NCBI RefSeq assembly: GCF_964213995.1
Contig: NW_027590219.1
Location: 372,001 to 436,000, forward strand
Source of the DNA: Mustelus asterias
Taxonomy: Eukaryota
Direction of reading: 5' to 3'
Length of the DNA: 64,000 nt
A program made the position numbers and the translations under genes. This document shows positions 23,271-35,420 of this stretch, piece after piece (the stretch's first letter is position 1; each line of letters begins with the position of its first letter). The notes beneath the pieces are model-generated. The model did not search any database. It saw only the letters and a program-made list of their open reading frames with translations, and was not told the origin of the DNA.

Positions 23271-23889
23271 TAAAAAACAACATCAGACATGTCTCTGTCC
23301 TGTATTAGTTTACTGTCCCCTTTAATATATTTCAGAAATTAGATGGGCACATGAAGGAAATAAAGTTGCAGGGGAACGGGAATATAGAAAGGGAATGGAA
23401 CTGACTGGATTGTTCTACAGAGAGTCGGCATGGATTCGAGTTACTGAATGGACTCCTTCTGCGCTGTAATGACTCGATGAGTGGAAATATATCACATAGC
23501 TTCAGTGTTACATTACAAAACGAGAAATAATTATAAATGTACTTTGTTACAGAACCATAAATAATATCTCAAATCGACAATGTAACAACACTAGGCATAT
23601 CTCTGTCCTATATTAATTTATTGTTCTATTAAATGTCAGCCATCTCCTGGGGAAACCAGCCCTTGAATTGTGAACATTCGGAAAGGGACCATCCTTTTAG
23701 CCAGACAAATCAATGTGTCAAGCTGAGGGAGCAAAGGATGTCAATGTCTTTAAGTCAGAAAGAGAGAGACCTGGGCCAATCTTTCCAGAGTCTGCAGCCT
23801 CCCTGGATTCACTTCCTTTCCCTTCAGTTGCTGCAAGTCCCCAATTTCCCCCAGAATGAGAAAATAAATGGAAAGGGGGATAAAAGAAA

Positions 23890-24398
23890 GTGTTTTACTC
23901 ACAGATGTGGGAGACAGAAGGAAGTTTGAGTCTGTCTGTACTCAATATTCATTCAGAGAGAGAACAGCAGCAGCTTCGCGGGTGAACAAGCTCACTGTCC
24001 AGTTTCCGCATTCAGACAATGGGGGGGGGGCTCTGGTTGGCTGCAGGAGAAAGGTACTTCCGGTCTTCCAACTCTTCCCATTGGTCAATACCTCAGCGTG
24101 CTGGTGGGAAGGGGCGGGCAGCCCTCCGCACATGCGCAGCTTACCCTCTCCCTTGGACACGCGCAGTCCTTGGCCGGGGGGAGGGGGAGATCACGGAGCG
24201 GCTTGGCTCGAGGATGTGCAAGGGGAGAGGAACAGTGGGTGGGAGACCCTCCAGCGTCCGCTCGCCGAGCCTGCGCACTGGAACCCCAGGACGTCATCAA
24301 AGAGCAGGCTGATGTCTATTGGCTGATTCAGGCAGGGCTCCGTTGTGAAGTTGTCCAATGAGCTTCAGAGTGAAACTTCCTCCTCTGGGCCACATCTG
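23890..24398. promoter_or_regulatory. Bidirectional CpG-island promoter with divergent first exons
   Basis: Minus-strand donor ACATCT|GTGAGT at ~23895-23906; plus-strand homologous exon end AAACTTCCTCCTCTG..CACATCTG at 24373-24398; GCACATGCGCA, CCAAT and GC boxes in between. Confidence 0.6.
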
Positions 24399-25526
24399 AG
24401 CGGCTGCTCAGGAATCCGCTCCTCCAGCCGTATGACTTCAGGTGGCTGGCGGAGAGGAGGGCTGTGGACGCCGGGGTGACCAGAATCGGGGATGCGCTCG
24501 ATGGCGGAGGGGCTGGCTGAGCGCGCGGGGACGACCGTCCGGCACGCGGCCAAAGTCTTCCTAGACCTTAGGACGGTCGTGCTCGGCCCCGAAACTGCAC
24601 GCAAACTCGAGACGGCGCAGGCGTGCGGTGGGATCCTGCCCGAGCGTTCCCCTGTTCGGACGGAATTCCACATTGGCCCAAAACCTCAATCCCCCTCCTC
24701 AACCCCCACAGCCTGAGCCGCCTCGCGGAAATGTCCTCCGTGCCTTTTTCTACCGCGCGGAGGCGTTTCCTGTGCGGGCTGCTGCTGCACACCTTCCACT
24801 ACCGCCTCCTCGCCTGTCGCCCGGATACACCTTGGCGGGCCTTGTTGCCGCCGGGCGGCAGAGATCCCCGCTGGAGCTCCCTCTACGGAGGGATCTCCCC
24901 CAATTACGTCGGGGACCTGGGGTGGAGGGTGATGCATGCAGCAGTGCCACACAACCGTAGGATTCACTGGTTCACGGGCTCCGAAGACTGCCCTTTCTGC
25001 GGCCTTGTGGAGTCCGTGGACCATGTCTATGTTGTGTGTCCTAGGCTGCACTCCCTTTATGTTTTCCTAAAAAACCTTTTATTGATGTTTTGTTTGCACA
25101 TCAGTCCCACGCTCCTGATCTACGGACACCCGGTGCGGAGAGGGGAGGGTCGGGATGGCGACCTCCTCGTGAACCTGCTCCTGGGCCTGGCGAAACGCGC
25201 CATTTACCGGTACAGGCAGTGGGCGATCAAGGGGGCCGTCCATCCTGACTGTCTGCCCCTCTACCACGACTACGTTCGCGGCCGGGTGTCCCTGGAGAGG
25301 GAGCATGCGGTGTCCACGGGCGCGGTTGACGCCTTCCGCGCCCGCTGGGCACCGCAGGGGTTGGGGTGCATTATTGACCCTGACAATCACATTTTAATTT
25401 GATGTTTTTAAGTTTCCTTTGTACTTTGATTTCTGTTCGGGCTGTTCCCCCTCCTTTTGGGGAGCTGCCCCTTTTACTTTGTCCTGATTTAATCTGAGTT
25501 TGTTTATTTGGTTTGACCTAAAAAGA
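24399..25526 (+). mobile_element. 5'-truncated Tx1-clade LINE (ORF2 C-terminus with CCHC/zf-RVT, 3' UTR)
   Basis: GDLGWRVMH..CPFCGLVESVDHVYVVC..RARWAP (ORF 24623-25402); ends AAAAAGA; 11-bp TSD GG(C/T)CACATCTG at 24388-24398 and 25527-25537. Confidence 0.88.
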
Positions 25527-25726
25527 GGTCACATCTGGGAGGAAATCAATGTTTCCCCCTTTCTATTTCTTTTCTCATTCTGGGGGAAATTGGGGACTTG
25601 CAGCAACTGAAGGGAAAGGAAGTGAATCCAGTCTGTACATTCCACACATTGTTAGTCCAGTCAGATAGACATATATCTGTCTGGCCGCCTGCATGGAGAT
25701 TTCCAGCTCTCTGTGTCCAGGACAGG

Positions 25727-25924
25727 CGATTCCCTTCTTTTTGAGGTCTGCCCTTTTAATCTATCCCTCATTTAATTTAATTTGGTTTACTTGTTTTGCC
25801 AAAACGATTAACCGAATAGTTAGTGATTTATTTCACGTTGAATTGTTTTGCCAAAAAGATTAACAGAATGTTTATTTGTCCCTCAGTTGATTTGATTTAG
25901 TTTAATTGTTTTACTGAAAAGATT
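25727..25924 (+). mobile_element. Short insertion resembling a Tx1-type 3' UTR end with internal repeats
   Basis: Flanked by GACAGG direct repeats (25721-25726, 25925-25930); T-rich; three TTGTTTT..AAAA(C)GATT repeats; absent from paralogs. Confidence 0.55.
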
Positions 25925-26156
25925 GACAGGAAGCAGTGAGCATGGATCTGTCAATCAGCCTGAATCAGCACCTTCAGGAGAATTGGGAGGGTGAATATTA
26001 GATACAGCAGAGTGAGAATGGAGGGAGCGTGTGTGGGATGGAGATTTACAGCTTTTGGGGAATGAGAGGGGAAAGAATGTTCCTTTGAAACTAGAATTAT
26101 CTGTTCTGAATTTCTATCTTGTACTGAGTGATGACTTTTGTAAACTTATTTTACAG

Positions 26157-26470
26157 GATATCAGGAGATGAGGATTTACAGACTGAAATCTCAAACCAAA
26201 CGTCCCATCCTCACTCAATTCATCGGGATCTGATTATCATCGGCCTTTGAATCCAGAGGAAGAAATGTTTCTCTGTACCATCTGCTTCAGAAAGTTTTAA
26301 ACATCAATGTGAGTGGCAAATCACCAAGACACACACATACTCGAATGGGAGTGTTCCAGTGCACTGACTGTGGAAAGAGCTTTAACTCGTTACACAGCCT
26401 GAAAAAATATTACAGCATTCACAGCGGGAGAGACTCTACTCGTGTTCTGTGTGTGGATGAGGTCTCAACT
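26157..26470 (+). pseudogene. ZNF main-exon remnant (fossil fingers only; coding array lost)
   Basis: Acceptor TTTTACAG|GATATC, then VFQCTDCGKSFNSLHSLKKYYSIH; broken by SINE/LINE DNA after ~26470. Confidence 0.65.
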
Positions 26471-26829
26471 TTGAATCAAAATAATTCTGTGATTTCTTTT
26501 ATTCATTCGTGGGACATGGGCGTCGCAGGCTGGCCAGCATTTATTACCCATCCCTAGTTGAGTCAGAAGGTTTTTGTTTTAGTTTACTTCGGGCACCATG
26601 ATCGGTACATCATAGAGTACATATGGGAGAAGGAAAGGAGAGGGATTCAATGAAGAAGTATTGAACAATCTGGAATCAGTGCTTATAAGAACATAAGAAC
26701 TAGGAACTAGATAATCTCCCTGTTGATTTCTCCTACTGAAATACATGACCTCACACTTTAAACTCAATTTGCCAGGTTTTGAAGACAGAGGGGTGACTTT
26801 TTTGCATCTTCCCCAACGCTCGACTCATC

Positions 26830-27094
26830 TTTCCCAGGCCCTATCCCTGTAGCCCTACATTTCTACCCCACTAATCCACCTAATCTACATCTATTGGGAC
26901 ACAAAGGGGCAATTTAGCATGGCCAATCAATCTAACCCGCACATCTTTGGACTGTGGGAAGAACCTGGAGCACTCAGAAATCCACACAGACATCGAGAGA
27001 ATGCGCATACTCCACACAGATTGTCATCGGGATTGAACCTGGGTCCCTGGCACTGTGAGGCAGCAGTTCTAACCACTGTGCTGCCGTGGTGCCC
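26830..27094 (-). mobile_element. HE1-like SINE, diverged
   Basis: Recognisable head and V-core on the minus strand. Confidence 0.7.
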
Positions 27095-27099
27095 TCTTT

Positions 27100-27500
27100 A
27101 AATAAACTACAAGTACAGATTTCTCTCGATCTACCCTCCTTCTTACATACTCAAACAATTCAAGCAAATTTGTCAAACATGATTTATCTTTCATAGAACC
27201 ATGTTGACGAGGTTTGATTATATTCAGCTTTCCTAAATGATTAGCTATTTGCTCTTTGATTATTGACTCCAGCGTCTTGCCAATAATAGATGTTAAATTA
27301 ACTGACCTATAGTTCCCTGCCTTCTGCCTTCTCCCTTTTTGACCAAGGTCGTCACATTGGCTGATTGCCAATCTTCTGATACTCTCCCGGAATCTAGCGA
27401 GTTCCGAAAAATTTCAACAATATTCTCCACAATCTCTTCAGCAACCTCCATTAAAAAGCTAGCATGCAGTTCATTGGGTCCTGGTGACTTGTCCACCCTT
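27100..27500 (-). mobile_element. CR1 LINE RT fragment
   Basis: DKSPGPNELH..NYRSVNLTSIIGKTLESII..SCLTNLLELFE. Confidence 0.8.
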
Positions 27501-28204
27501 AGCCACTGAAGGGAAAGGAAGTGAGCCCAGTCTGTATATTTCAGACATTTTTGGTCCAGTCATATTGACATATATCTGTCTGGCAGCCTGCATGGAGATT
27601 TCCAGATCTCTGTGTCCAGGACAGGAAGCAGTGAGCATGGATCTGTCAATCAGCCTCAATCAGCACCTTCAGGAGAATTGGGAGGGTGAATATTAGATAC
27701 AGCAGAGTGAGAATGGAGGGAGAGTGTGTGGGATGGAGATTTACAGCTTTTGGGGAATGAGAGAGGAAAGAATGTTCCATAGAAACTAGAATTGTCTGTT
27801 CTGAATTTCTATCCTGTACTGACATTGATGACTTTTGCAAACTCATTTTGCAGGATATTGAAAGAGGAATCGCAGGCAAAAATCTCAACTGTCCTGTCTA
27901 GATCTGACAGAGTCATGTTCCTTGGGATCTGAATATCATCGGCCTTTGAATCTAGAAGGAGAAATGATTGTCCAATCTGTCGATTTGAATAGGTTTCAAA
28001 TGTCAGTGTGACTGGAAAAGCAGCAACACACTGCCACACTCGAGTGAGAGTGTTCCAGTGCACTGACTAAAGGGCTTTAACCAGTTACACCGCCTCAATA
28101 AATATCACATCATTCACAGTGGAGAGAGACTGTACTTGTGTTCTGTGTGTGGACGAGACTTTAACTGATTGTCCAAATAAGACAGAAGCAAGGACACCTG
28201 CACC

Positions 28205-28795
28205 ATGGAGAAACCATGGAAATGTGCAGACTGTGGGAAGAGTTACAGATCTCCATCTCTGCTGGATGCTCATCGGTGCAGCCACACTGGGGAGAGGCCA
28301 TTCATCTGCTCTCAGTGTGGGGAGGGATTCACTCAGTCGTCCAACCTGCAAAGACACCCGCGAGTTCACACTGGGGAGAGGCCGTTCACCTGCTCTCAGT
28401 GTGGGAAGGGATTCACTCGGTTATCTACTCTGCAGACACACCAGCGCATTCACACTGGGGAGAGGCCATTCATCTGCTCTCAGTGTGGGAAGCGATTCAC
28501 TCAGTCATCCAACCTGCGGAGACACCAACGAGAACACACTGGGGAGAGGCCGTTCATCTGCTCTGTGTGTGGGGAGAGATTCACTCAGTTATCCGATCTG
28601 CAGACACACCAGCGAATTCACACTGGGGAGAGGCCCTTCACCTGCTCTCAGTGTGGGAAGAGATTTGCTCGGTCATCCAGCTGGTGGAGACACCAGCGAG
28701 TTCACACTGGGGAGAGGCCATTTACCTGCCCTCAGCGTGGGAAGGGATTCAGAGTTTCATTCTTGCTGCTGAGACACCAACAAGTTCATGAGTGA
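28205..28795 (+). CDS. C2H2 zinc-finger protein, 6 fingers plus 1 degenerate, 196 aa; paralog of 13841-14683
   Basis: Intact ORF; flanks nearly collinear with those of the 13841 gene. Confidence 0.8.
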   Translation: MEKPWKCADCGKSYRSPSLLDAHRCSHTGERPFICSQCGEGFTQSSNLQRHPRVHTGERPFTCSQCGKGFTRLSTLQTHQRIHTGERPFICSQCGKRFTQSSNLRRHQREHTGERPFICSVCGERFTQLSDLQTHQRIHTGERPFTCSQCGKRFARSSSWWRHQRVHTGERPFTCPQRGKGFRVSFLLLRHQQVHE

Positions 28796-29654
28796 TTACA
28801 TGAGGGTTTGGATTCTCCTGCTATTGTTTCTGCTCTCAATTACATCCAGGACTGGATTTTGTTCATTCTCACAGTTGGTCAATGGGGAGGGTCGGAGGGT
28901 TTCTTCCTGCTGGACTGGCCGGTCTCACGACTTTGCCTCCAGTGGGCTGATGCTCTTTGAGTCTTGTTGCGAATACCTGGTTTCAAATTTCACAAGGATC
29001 ACAGAGTGACAGGATGTTAGGAAGTTCAGAGATATTTAGTCACTATTTCTGTTTGAAACCTCCCAAATGCCCATCCAATTTCCTTTGTAATTGTTTATTG
29101 TCTCCACTTCCTCCACCCTCGTCGGCAGCGAGTTCCAGGTCATTACCATTCGCTGCATCAAAATATTCTTCCTCACGTCCCCTCCTGCATCTCTGGCCCA
29201 AAACCTTAAACCGGTGTCCCTCTCGTCCTTGTCCCATTAGCTAATGGGAACAGCTTTTCTTTGTCCACCTTATCTAAACCTGTCAGAATCTTGTCCACCT
29301 CGATCAAATCTCCCCTCAACCACCTTTGCTCCAAGAGGAACAACCCCAGCCTGACATTGACAATAAAGAACAAACTAACAGAATATGTTAATACCTGAAA
29401 TCAAATGGGAATGTTTAATTTCTGTTTTAATGATTGTGTGAATATATTGTCCTGGACAATAAAGGAATTGGAATAACTCACCTTGGGTGTGGGTGAATGG
29501 AATATATCAATCTGATATCCACCTACAGTCCAGTGAAAGTCTGGAATGTGTAGCTGGAAATCCCTCCCTAACAGCACTATGGGTGTACTTACTCCTCAGG
29601 CATTGTAGCAGTTCAGGAAGGCAGTGTTGGGGTTGACCATGGCTGAGGCAGCTA

Positions 29655-30005
29655 CATAGAATCATAGAAACTCTACAGTACAGAAAGAGGCCATTCGGCC
29701 CATCGAGTCTGCACCGACCACAATCCCACCCAGGCCCTACCCCCATATCCCTACAGAGTTACCCACTAATCCCTCTAACCTACGCATCTCAGGACACTAA
29801 GGGCAATTTTTTTTTTAGCATGGCCAATCAACCTAACCCGCACATCTTTGGACTGTGAGATGAAATCGGAGCACCCGGAGGAAACCTACGCAGACACGAG
29901 GAGAATGTGCAAACTCCACACAGACAGTGACCCAAGCCGGGAATCAAACCCAGGTCCCTGGAGCTGTGAAGCAGCAGTGCTAACCACTGTGCTACCGTGC
30001 CGCCC
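29655..30005 (-). mobile_element. HE1-like SINE, full length
   Basis: Full head, core and tail; TACATA on both sides; empty site at ~16960. Confidence 0.85.
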
Positions 30006-30589
30006 TTACATACAGCCACATATTCTGTTATAATTGAAGGACTGCAGATTGAATGTGAGGCATTATGGGACTGGACTATCTTGACCGCATTCCTGTGAGT
30101 GCTCAGTTTCTGCAATCACGGACCATTAAAGCTGCTCAGCAGGGCCCCTCTTATCAGCACACAGGCAGCTGCACTGAGTAACCGACTGCTAACGGAATAG
30201 GCTGGGATGTGGTGGAGATCAGAAAGTCCTGAGTATAGTGAGTCATTGTGATGTCACAAGGTCAGTTGTTATAAGGTGTCTGGTCCACATGATGAGATGG
30301 TCCAGAGCTGTCCATGAGCTGATCACACAGCCACATGATGCCTAATTGTTAGCTTGATTGGATATGTCTCTAATCGATTCATATTGTGATTAGTTTGTAA
30401 CCAGCCGGAATGGGCTGCAATAAATGGATAAGAATGTGTGATTTTCTATGTTCAGGGTAGAGGTTGCAAGGTGAGACCAGCGACTTGATCCCCTCTGCTG
30501 TAAAATAAAGACCATTTGATGATTGGAACAGACCTGGGTGTCGAGCAATTTGTCTTCAATCATTCTTCACTAAGTGAACCGGCCAAGTT

Positions 30590-30950
30590 TTAGACCATAA
30601 GATATATGAGCAGAATTAGGCCATTCGGCCCATCGAGTCTGCTCCGCCATTCAATTATGGCTGATACTTTTTTCATCCCCATTCTCCTGCCTTTTCCCCA
30701 TAACCCCTGATCCCCTCATTAATCAAGAACCTATCTATCTCTGCCTTAAATCCACTCAATGATGGCCTCCACTGCCTTCTGTGGTGATGAATTCCATAGA
30801 TTCACCACCCTGTGGCTGAAGAAATTCCTCCTCACCTTGGTTCTAAAGAGTCATCCCTTTACTCTGAGGTTGTGCCCTCGGATTCTAGTCTCTTCTACTA
30901 ATGGAAACATCTTCCCCATGTCTGCTCTATCCAGGCCTGACAGTATTTTG
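30590..30950 (-). mobile_element. CR1 LINE 3' end
   Basis: Minus strand RNFFSHRVVNLWNS and a CR1 tail. Confidence 0.7.
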
Positions 30951-31409
30951 TAAGGATTCATATTGTTGGTTCATTTTTGTTTCTGGGGTGGTGAAATGAA
31001 AGTGTGCAATATTTATTCATAAAATTTGTTTTTTATTTGTTTCAGGAGAATGTTTAAAGCTTCTGGTTCATTCTACAAGCAGTGCTATGTCCAGGAAGAA
31101 TGCAGCTCAGGGGACTACGAGCAGGATAATTACCCATTTCAGCCACACAGTTGTTTATCTAAGTGGACTTTAATGGACTTTTGTCTGTCGAAAGGAGATG
31201 CCCTGGGGCTTTGCTAAAAGGATTGGAATGTGGGTTGAGGAATGTGGGGTCTTGTGATGATGGGGTTAATGGGAGGAGTGAGGCGAGGTTTGGAAGTTAG
31301 CTGCAGTTCTGTTTGAAGACGTGAGCTTCTGGAAGCTGCTCTGAAACTCCCTTCCTCTCTTAAAGCTCCAAGATTGTCTACACGTATTATAGCCAGTATA
31401 TTGCTGGCA

Positions 31410-32290
31410 TACTGGGCAGTGAAGAAGGTTTCTAGGATTGCAACGGGATCTTGATCAAATGGGCCAGCGGGCTGATGAATGGCAGATGGAGTTTAATTTA
31501 GATAAATGCAAGGTGATACATTTTGGTAGATCGAACTGGAGCAGGATTTGCTCAGTTAATGGTAGGGCGTTGGGGAGAGTTATAGAGCAAAGAGATCTTT
31601 GGATACAGGTTCAAAGCTCCTTGAAAGTGGAGTCACAGGTGGACAGAGTGGTGAAGAAGGCATTCGACATGCTTGGTTTCATTGGTCAGAACATTGAATA
31701 CAGGAGTTGGGACGTCTTGTTGAAGCTGTACAAGACACAAGGCCACACTTGGAATACTGTGTACAGTTCTGGTCACCCTATTATTGAAAGGATATTATTA
31801 AACGAGAAAGAGTGCAGAAAAGATTTACTAGGATGCTACCGGGACTTGGTTTGAGTTATAAGGATAGACGAGATAGATGAGGACTTTTTTCCCTGAAGCG
31901 TAGGAGGCTTAAGGGTGATCTTGTAGAGATCTATAAAATAATGAGGGGCATAGATCAGCTAGATAGTCAACATATTTTCCCAAAGATAGAGGATTCTAAA
32001 ACTAGAGGGCAAAGGTTTAAAATGAGAGGGGAGAGATACAAAAGGGTCCAGAGGGGCAATTGTTTCACACAGAGGGTGGTGTCTGAAACAAGCTGCCAGA
32101 CGTAGTCGTAAAGGTGGGTAAAATTTGACTTTTAAATGCATTTAGACAGTTACATGGGTAAGATGGGTATCGAGGGACAGGGGCCAAATGAGGGCAATTG
32201 GGACTGGCTTAGTGGTTAAATAAAAGGGTGGCTTGGACAAGTTGGGCCGAAGGGCCTGTTTCCATGCTGTAAACCTCAAAGACTCTCTGA
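31410..32290 (+). mobile_element. CR1 (HER1-like) LINE 3' fragment
   Basis: QRDLDQMGQRADEWQMEFNLDKCKVIHFG; same subfamily as 58187-58860. Confidence 0.85.
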
Positions 32291-33254
32291 TCTGTGTTTG
32301 TTAACTGTATTTAAACCTCTGAATGGATGTTGTTAAGTTAGAAATTAAATTGTTTCCTTTCATTGTAAGTATTGTTCAGCTGTTAATTGTTTGCATTGTT
32401 AGTGTTGTATTTAAACTGTTGTGAATAAAATTTATTTTATTAAAAAATCCCTATTTTCTCATCACTCCTGGAGCAAAGTCTCCTCTCCTCACATTTTTGC
32501 CAGAAAGAAAAAATGTTGGTGTCTAGTCTGGCTTCCTAATAAAACTTGGAGTTCCAGTCTGGTATCCTAACAATGGTTACAGAGTGACCAAGGCTGGGAA
32601 CTAAATATTGCAGAGTATTTGACACTTTGAAAAGCTAGGAAGCTTGGAAAAGGAGGTGGGGTAGCTCTGTTAATGAAGGATGACATTAGTACAGTAGTGA
32701 GAGATGTCCTTAGCTCGAAAGAGCAACACAAATAATCAGACTGGGTAGAGATGAGAAATAGCACAGGAAAGAGGGTGGGAGTGGTCCCTCAGCCTCTTAA
32801 CAGTAGTTACCCAGTAGGACAGGGTGTACAGGACACTGATACAGACTCCCTAAGAATACACGATGTGCAAGTTAACATGGCCTGAAGAGTAAGAAAACAT
32901 TTTGAAATGATCAAGGCACTGACACAGACCTCCATAGACAAATGGATGTTGAGACAATGAAAAAAAAAGCTAAAGGAATTTTGGACTGGGACAATTGAAG
33001 GCTCGGGAGAAATAATACTTCATAACATTTATCCACAAGATGGATCCAGGTGAATGGAGAGCTGGAGAATCTTTTATGTCCACACAATCTACTGCATTGA
33101 TTCAATGTACTGACTGTAACTCAAGAGTAGATCCCTCTCTCCGGGAATCTTGTTTGTGGGGTGTAGGGAGAAAGGGGGGAATGTTGTCCGCCCACATCCT
33201 GTAGGCTGGGGATGTAACACCACACTAAACTGTACGCTGGAAATTTCTCCCTGA

Positions 33255-33475
33255 ATCGACTGCACTTGTGTCTTGACAGGGCAGATGATTGGTTGAAGCC
33301 TCGTCCGCACACACAACATGTGTATGGTTTCTCCCCACTGTGAACGGTGCTTTCTCCTTCCAGGTTCAAAGACCGATGATATTCAGGTTAAGTTAAATTG
33401 GGTGACTCAGTCAGATTCTGATGTGATGTTTGTTTAGAGGTTTTTGGCTGAAAAGTCTTCCCTCCTAATATCCTG
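33255..33475 (-). pseudogene. ZNF remnant of the xEGxST subfamily, interrupted after the first finger
   Basis: NLEGESTVHSGEKPYTCCVCGRGFNQSSALSRHKCS; acceptor CAG|GATATTAG at ~33472; upstream sequence homologous to that of the 40219 gene. Confidence 0.7.
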
Positions 33476-33729
33476 TGAGATTGATTTAAAACATGACAGG
33501 TTGTGAAATTGAGCTGAATGAATCTGGTACTGTAAGGGTCAGCACGAGGATCAAGTGATCAGGAAAGCTGCTGGATTATTGTGAAAACCCAACTGGTTCA
33601 CTAATGTCCTTCAGGAAAGGAAACCTGCCACCCGGTCTGGACCCATGCAAGGCTTTGGTCTCTATGGCTGGAGAGAGACAAAGGTGGGAGGCAAAGGAGA
33701 GGAAATTTGTATATTTATCAAAGATTATG

Positions 33730-34290
33730 AGAGAGTAGTTAGCAAAGCAAATTGGATCTTGAGCTTCATAAACAGAAATATTGATACAAAAATAGGGAGG
33801 TTTTGCTGAATCATTCTCAAGCTCTGGTTAGGTCACAACTCGAGTATTGTGTCCCGTTCTGGTCAGCAGACTTTAGGAAGATGTGAAGGTTCTTGAGAAG
33901 GTGCAGAGGAGATTTACTGGAATGATCCCATCAAAGGAGGCTGAGGGAAGACTTGATTCAAGTTCTGACAGGTTTAGATCACAGACAAAGAAAATATGTT
34001 CCTGTTAGCTGATCATACGAGAATTAGGACAGAGTTTTACATTTTTAGATAAGAGATAGAGGGGGATATGGGGGAGAACATTTTTACACAGTAAGTGGTA
34101 ATGAACCAAAATCTACTGCCTACAAGCAGAGTAGAAATAGGCATGATGAATAATTTCAAAAGGACATTGGATAGACACTTGAGGGAAATAAAGCTGTGAA
34201 TATACAGGGATAGAGCAAGGCAATAGGATTGATTGGATTGCTCCAGACAGCTGGGACTCAGTGGGCCAAATGACCTTTTCTGTAGTCCAT
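33730..34290 (+). mobile_element. Old CR1 LINE 3' fragment
   Basis: KALVRSQLEYCVPFWS..LEKVQRRFT motif. Confidence 0.7.
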
Positions 34291-35039
34291 GAATATTTTA
34301 TGTAGTCTGGTTTTGTAATTTAACCTGGTGGTTCAGATATTGCTCAGGTAAATCTTTGCTACATTCCCTCCAAGGCCTTGTGTCCTTCCTAAGGTTTGTT
34401 GCCCAGAACTGAGCACTAACCAGGGTTTACGAATCTCGGGGCTTTTCCAGTCACACTGAGACCTGAAATCATCTCTCACAGACAGAACAAAAAAACCTGT
34501 TACCTTCCACAATCAGATGCTGCTGATATTCAGGTTCTGATGCATCGAGTGGATCTGTCAGATCACAATGTGATGTTTGGTTTGAGTTTCCTGTCTGTCA
34601 ATTCTCCACTTCCAGTAACCTGTAAATTTACAGAAACGATGACAATCAGTCCAGGGTAGAAATTCACACATTCTTCTCGAGGATTACTAACTGTGATTAA
34701 TTATTTTCCTGGAGAATTTAACACATTTTATCTCATTCTCCAGCCATTAGTTGGCCAATACATCCATCCTTCTGACACACTGCCCCCTTTGGCCAAGTGG
34801 AAAGCAAAAAGACTCATTCCCAATTGGATATATGATTGACTATTATCCGGACAGTCTTTACCCCACTTTCAATGTTTTTATGTGTGACAAAAAAAGATAA
34901 TTACAAAAAAAAATATTTTTCTATTATCTTTCCCAGGGTTTGCACAGAGTGTGTGCTGGAGATTGAACTTCAGTTCCTGGAGACTCCAGTCCAACCCTGG
35001 AGGGTTGGCAACCCATGTCTCCTGCTAACCCCTGACCGG

Positions 35040-35420
35040 GATTACTGAGCATGCACCCTGCTGTTCAAGGCCCCCGATAAACATGGCGGCCGCACATGCT
35101 CCCTGCTGCAAATTGCCCCCCATAAAGATGGCGGCCGCTAACCAGGGCCTTTGACCGGGAGGCGCCTCACAGCTCATATTCTATTCGTGCCAAGACGGGG
35201 CTACTGACTTGTTATTCGGGATCTCAGCTCTCCCTACGGTATTTATGAAGCCTCTCTGCCCGCTCCACTGGCTCTATCCCTCCCCACACAGCCACTGGCT
35301 CCATTACTCAGCTACACTCAACTGTTTGCTTCCAGCTCCTTGCAGCTGGTCACAGTCCGCATGCTCCAGCCACAGCCGGGCGTTGCGCTTGCGCTGGGAG
35401 CTCTTGCAATTTGGATAGGG
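35040..35420 (-). promoter_or_regulatory. CpG-rich promoter remnant homologous to 41310-41780
   Basis: AACATGGCGGCCGC and AAGATGGCGGCCGC (YY1-like), GCATGCTCCAG..GCGCTTGCGC. Confidence 0.5.

Noticed and set aside
30949-32572. Solo LTR (TG..CA) split by a CR1; similar LTR-like stretches at ~15750-16450 and ~30210-30560
   Set aside because: No TSD, PBS or second LTR visible, so it cannot be supported without a library search.
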